Below, piece by piece: positions 60,532 to 64,000 of a stretch of 64,000 bases of DNA. This DNA comes from Synechococcus sp. (lineage in GTDB: Bacteria > Cyanobacteriota > Cyanobacteriia > PCC-6307 > Cyanobiaceae), in the NCBI GenBank assembly GCA_047285805.1, contig JBJBCN010000002.1, positions 160,001 through 224,000 of the forward strand. Direction: 5' to 3'. Numbering within the stretch: the stretch's first letter is position 1; each line of letters opens with the position of its first letter. The position numbers and the translations under genes are program-made. The notes under the pieces were generated by a model. It was not told the DNA's origin, ran no database searches, and saw nothing but the letters and a program-made list of their open reading frames with translations.

Positions 60532-61834
60532 TCACCAGTGCTGAGCGTTCCCGGGTGGCAATCATCCAGAGCCATTTGGTCAGCAACGTCAACCGGCTTT
60601 CGTTCGCGGGCATGAAGGCCAAATGGGCCAAGCCCCAGAAGATCCAGCCTAAGCTTCCGCTGAGCTTCAGGCCGCGCAGGTTTGCCACCGCAAAGAGGGG
60701 GCCGACCACGGCCATGCTGCCGAAGTCGGTGAATTGAAAGGCGGGGTTGGCCTGGCTTTGGCACTTCGCCAGGATGTCCTTTGCCACCCAGCCCCCCATC
60801 TGCACCGCCGGGCCGGCCATTCCGGGCAGGGGCTTACCATCACGGGTGTGGCCGTAGCAGCAGAGGTCCCCGATCACGCGGATCTCACTGTGCCCCTTGA
60901 TCGAGAAATCGGGTTCGACGACGACGCGTCCGCCCCGGTCCACCTCGCATCCGGTGCCTTCAGCCAGCATCTTCCCGAGGGGGGAGGCGGCGACACCGGC
61001 GGTCCAACAGATCGTGCTTGCCTCCAGGCTGGCTTCGCCATTGGGCGTCGTGACGACGACCTTGCCGTCGCTGATGTCTTTGACACGGCATCCCAAAAGG
61101 AGCTCCACTCCTTTGGATTTGAGGTGGTCCCCAGCGGACTTTGAGAGCTGGGGATCCATGGCCCGCAGGACGCGATCTCCGGGATCCACCAGGGTCACCT
61201 TGCAGTGGGTGGGATCGATCTGCATGAAGTCCCGCTCGAGGGTGTGCCGCATCAGATCGTTCAGGGAAGCCGCGAGTTCACAGCCCGTCGGCCCCCCGCC
61301 GATGACGACGACGGACTGCAGCCACTTGCGCCTTTCCAGGTCAGGGGTCTGCTCGGCTTCCTCCAGAGACTTGAGGATCTGGCCCCGGATGGTGTAGGCA
61401 TCCTCGAGGGTCTTCATGGGAATGGCTTCACTTCGCCATTCGTCATGGCCGAAGTAGCTGCTGGTGGCCCCGGCAGCCAGGACGAGATGGTCGTATTTGA
61501 AGCGGCGGTTGTTGAAGACCACCTCCTTCTCATCGGTATTGATGTCATCCACTTCCCCCATCAGAATTTGGATGTTTTCGGACTCACCCAACATCACGCG
61601 CAGGGGGGAGGCGACATCGGTCTGGGAGACCAACCCCGAGGCCACTTGATAGAGCAGCGGCTGGAAGAGGTTGAAGTTGCGTCGATCAATCAGGGTGACG
61701 CGAACGGTTTTTCCCGCCAGCACATTGGCTGCACGTAGACCAGCGAACCCTCCCCCGACGATCACCACATGGGGTGCACTTTTGAGCAGGTCAGAGGGTG
61801 GGGTCAGCTCGAGAAAGAAACGTTCGGGAGCCAT
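60512..61834 (-). CDS. Type II NADH dehydrogenase (NDH-2)
   Basis: GGGFAG, FQPLLYQVA, GGGPTGCE, IGD. Confidence 0.93.
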   Translation of the reverse strand: MAPERFFLELTPPSDLLKSAPHVVIVGGGFAGLRAANVLAGKTVRVTLIDRRNFNLFQPLLYQVASGLVSQTDVASPLRVMLGESENIQILMGEVDDINTDEKEVVFNNRRFKYDHLVLAAGATSSYFGHDEWRSEAIPMKTLEDAYTIRGQILKSLEEAEQTPDLERRKWLQSVVVIGGGPTGCELAASLNDLMRHTLERDFMQIDPTHCKVTLVDPGDRVLRAMDPQLSKSAGDHLKSKGVELLLGCRVKDISDGKVVVTTPNGEASLEASTICWTAGVAASPLGKMLAEGTGCEVDRGGRVVVEPDFSIKGHSEIRVIGDLCCYGHTRDGKPLPGMAGPAVQMGGWVAKDILAKCQSQANPAFQFTDFGSMAVVGPLFAVANLRGLKLSGSLGWIFWGLAHLAFMPANESRLTLLTKWLWMIATRERSALVITETSS

Positions 61835-62174
61835 GGACCAGCGGGTGCTGGTTTCAAGCTATCTACGGTTCCCAAAGTTGGCCTAGAGCGCAAGTTTCAC
61901 TTCCGGAAGCCTTTGGGTTTGTCCCTCGCTTCAGGGGTCAACGGCGTCCCAATAAGTCATCCCAGCTTGGGGCATTGCTGGGGGATGTAGGAGAAATGGG
62001 TCGTTTCGGATGCAGGACCCGTTCGCCTTTTTGGTGGTGCTGGTTGGCCTGTTGCGGGGCGGTTGTTGGTTTTTTCAGTTGGGGCATGGAATCAACTCGC
62101 AATGGAATATCAATTCACGCAGCAGTTGCTGTGGACTCAAGATAGATCGAATTCCTTGGTGCGACCAACTACTG

Positions 62175-62852
62175 ATGACAAGCCAGCCCGTCGTAATCCT
62201 TGGTGGCTTTCTGATTGGTGTTGAGGCCTATGAGCCGATGCGCTTATGGCTTGAGGATTCCCTCAATCAGCCCGTTGTTGTCGTCCCCGCTACGCGGCTG
62301 GATTGGTTGTTGACGTCGACGGCCTGGGGTTGGCGTCGTCTGCTGGATCGCACGGCGGAGCTGTTGGAGACCGCGGCTGGGCAATCCACCACAGGGAAGG
62401 TGACCTTGGTAGGTCACAGCTCGGGCGGAGTGATGTTGCGTCTGCTGCTAAGCGCAGATCCCTGGATGGGGCGCTGCTATGGCGCCCAGCATTGCGTTGA
62501 TCGGCTTTACACCTTGGGTAGTCCCCACATGGCACTTCGGGCCACGGCGATGCGCGCCTTTGTCGATCAGCGCTGGCCGGGAGCCTTTTTTGCTCCGGCC
62601 GTTGACTACGTCGCCGTGGCGGGGGAGTTGGACTTGGCGGAGGGTTTTGACTTGAGCCGCCGGGTGGCTAAGCGCTCCTACTCCGCTATCAGCGGAGATC
62701 CGGAGGCTGCCGGCGATGGTTTGGTGCCCGTGGGTTCGGCGTTGTTGGCTGGGGCTCAGCCGTTAGTTCTGGCGGGGGTGGCCCACGGCGGAGCCTTTGG
62801 ACCGCGCTGGTACGGCACGCCGGAGGTGGTGCAGCGCTGGTGGAGGGGTTGA
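62175..62852 (+). CDS. Alpha/beta hydrolase (lipase/esterase-like)
   Basis: GHSSGG, LGSPH, DGLVP, terminal His. Confidence 0.88.
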   Translation: MTSQPVVILGGFLIGVEAYEPMRLWLEDSLNQPVVVVPATRLDWLLTSTAWGWRRLLDRTAELLETAAGQSTTGKVTLVGHSSGGVMLRLLLSADPWMGRCYGAQHCVDRLYTLGSPHMALRATAMRAFVDQRWPGAFFAPAVDYVAVAGELDLAEGFDLSRRVAKRSYSAISGDPEAAGDGLVPVGSALLAGAQPLVLAGVAHGGAFGPRWYGTPEVVQRWWRG

Positions 62853-63080
62853 TCCAGCTGGATCAGTTCATAGGACCAGTGGCAACTCAGGGCGGCCAAG
62901 AGGCTTTGGCGATCTCCAAAGATCCGGAGCATGTTCGTTGCGTCGCTCCGCCAAGGCTGGGCCCAGCCGAGGAAGGCGCTGCGGCAAAGGATGCGACCGG
63001 GTGCGGCAAAAAGCACAGCCGGCGGTAGCAGCAGGCGGCCTGATTGCGTCAACCTGGGTGGCCCTCGCCTGATTCCAGCC

Positions 63081-63941
63081 ATGCACCGTCGCGCGCTGCT
63101 GCTGCTCATGGGTGGAGCGGCTACGTCCGCTGTTGCGGTTGGAACCAGTTGGGCCCAGATGGCGACGCCACCCCCCCTGAGCACGACCCGCTTTTTAGCG
63201 GTGGGTGATGTCGGCAGTGGCAATGTCCACCAGCGGGCCGTGGGGACTCAGATGGCGGCGGTCCATCGTCGTAAGCCTGTCGACCTGGTGCTGCTGGCCG
63301 GGGACAACATCTACCCATCAGGGGACATTCGCAAGGTTCAGTCCACCTTCCTGCGCCCCTATGCCGCGTTGCTTGAGGCCAAGGTGCCATTCCATGCAGT
63401 CCTGGGAAACCACGACATCCGCACCGCCAATGGCAATCCCCAGCTGGCCTACAAGCCCTACGGCATGAAGGGGCGTTTTTACAGCGTCCGTCGCCGCGAG
63501 GTCGAATTTTTCATGCTGGACACCAACGGCAACGCCCCCTGGACGTCCCAGTTGTCCTGGTTGCGTTCGGCCTTAGCCAAGAGCCAGGCCTCCTGGAAAG
63601 TCGTGGTGGGTCACCACCCGATTTACTCCTCAGGCCTCTATGGCAATAGCCCAGGACTGCGGGGCAAGTTGAGCTCCTTGATGCAGCGCCATGGGGTGCA
63701 GCTCTACATCAATGGCCATGAACACCACTACGAGCGCAGCAAGCCGATCGATGGCATCACCTATTTGATCGTCGGGGGTGGCGGCGCCTATCTCCGCCCG
63801 GTGATCGCCACCGCCCAATCCGCGAAGGCGGTCAGTGTTTACAGCTTCGCGGAGTTGGAGGCGGGGTCCGACAGCTTGACCATCCGGGGCTGGGATCGCG
63901 ACGGCAAGCTGATTGACAAGGGCGTGATTGCCCGGCGTTAA
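63081..63941 (+). CDS. Metallophosphoesterase with Tat-like signal
   Basis: HRRALL leader; GD.G, GDNIY, GNHD, GHHP, GHEH. Confidence 0.92.
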   Translation: MHRRALLLLMGGAATSAVAVGTSWAQMATPPPLSTTRFLAVGDVGSGNVHQRAVGTQMAAVHRRKPVDLVLLAGDNIYPSGDIRKVQSTFLRPYAALLEAKVPFHAVLGNHDIRTANGNPQLAYKPYGMKGRFYSVRRREVEFFMLDTNGNAPWTSQLSWLRSALAKSQASWKVVVGHHPIYSSGLYGNSPGLRGKLSSLMQRHGVQLYINGHEHHYERSKPIDGITYLIVGGGGAYLRPVIATAQSAKAVSVYSFAELEAGSDSLTIRGWDRDGKLIDKGVIARR

Positions 63942-64000
63942 CGCTGCTCCAGTCGCTCCAAACTGGGGATCAAAGCTGCTGAGGCCAAAAGCCCCAGGCT

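Noticed and set aside
1..64000. CRISPR array, rRNA, IS transposase, TPP or cobalamin riboswitch
   Set aside because: None recognisable by eye; a covariance-model scan would be needed to exclude small RNAs

Overview
GC-rich picocyanobacterial chromosome segment (Synechococcus/Cyanobium-like, inferred from gene content and order). Most of it is ordinary core genome: lexA, argF, ftsH, ribD, pheS, surE, ribF, thiE/S, ispF, trmD, era, phoH, rpsP, ffh, ftn2, pdhA, mnmA, cobQ, trpA, ndhL, sdhCAB, plus tRNA-Ala(GGC) and tRNA-Leu(UAA). Two integrative elements stand out. (1) 1-5514: the tRNA-proximal end of a tycheposon/phage-satellite-like element at tRNA-Ala, with a tyrosine integrase, a Xis-like protein, a Zn-finger protein, an AAA/RepA-type helicase containing iteron-like repeats, and small cargo genes; its far end lies outside the window. 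(2) About 31574-35007: a 3.4-kb element inserted immediately upstream of era whose only recognisable genes are a tyrosine integrase and an apparently intact MpeQ-type phycobilin lyase-isomerase (Y318/V319/T320/Y323/K353). Its two ends share repeats, and two copies of a GCCAA-N6-TTGGC palindrome lie upstream of the lyase gene. This looks like a minimal mobile light-colour (PUB) cassette without fciA/fciB and is the best candidate for an undescribed system. Also present: an AT-richer membrane-protein gene coupled to a GH116 glycosidase, a decayed accessory patch (50.7-53.0 kb) and several small ORFs missing from the ORF track. Family assignments come from motifs recognised by eye and recalled knowledge; no searches were run.
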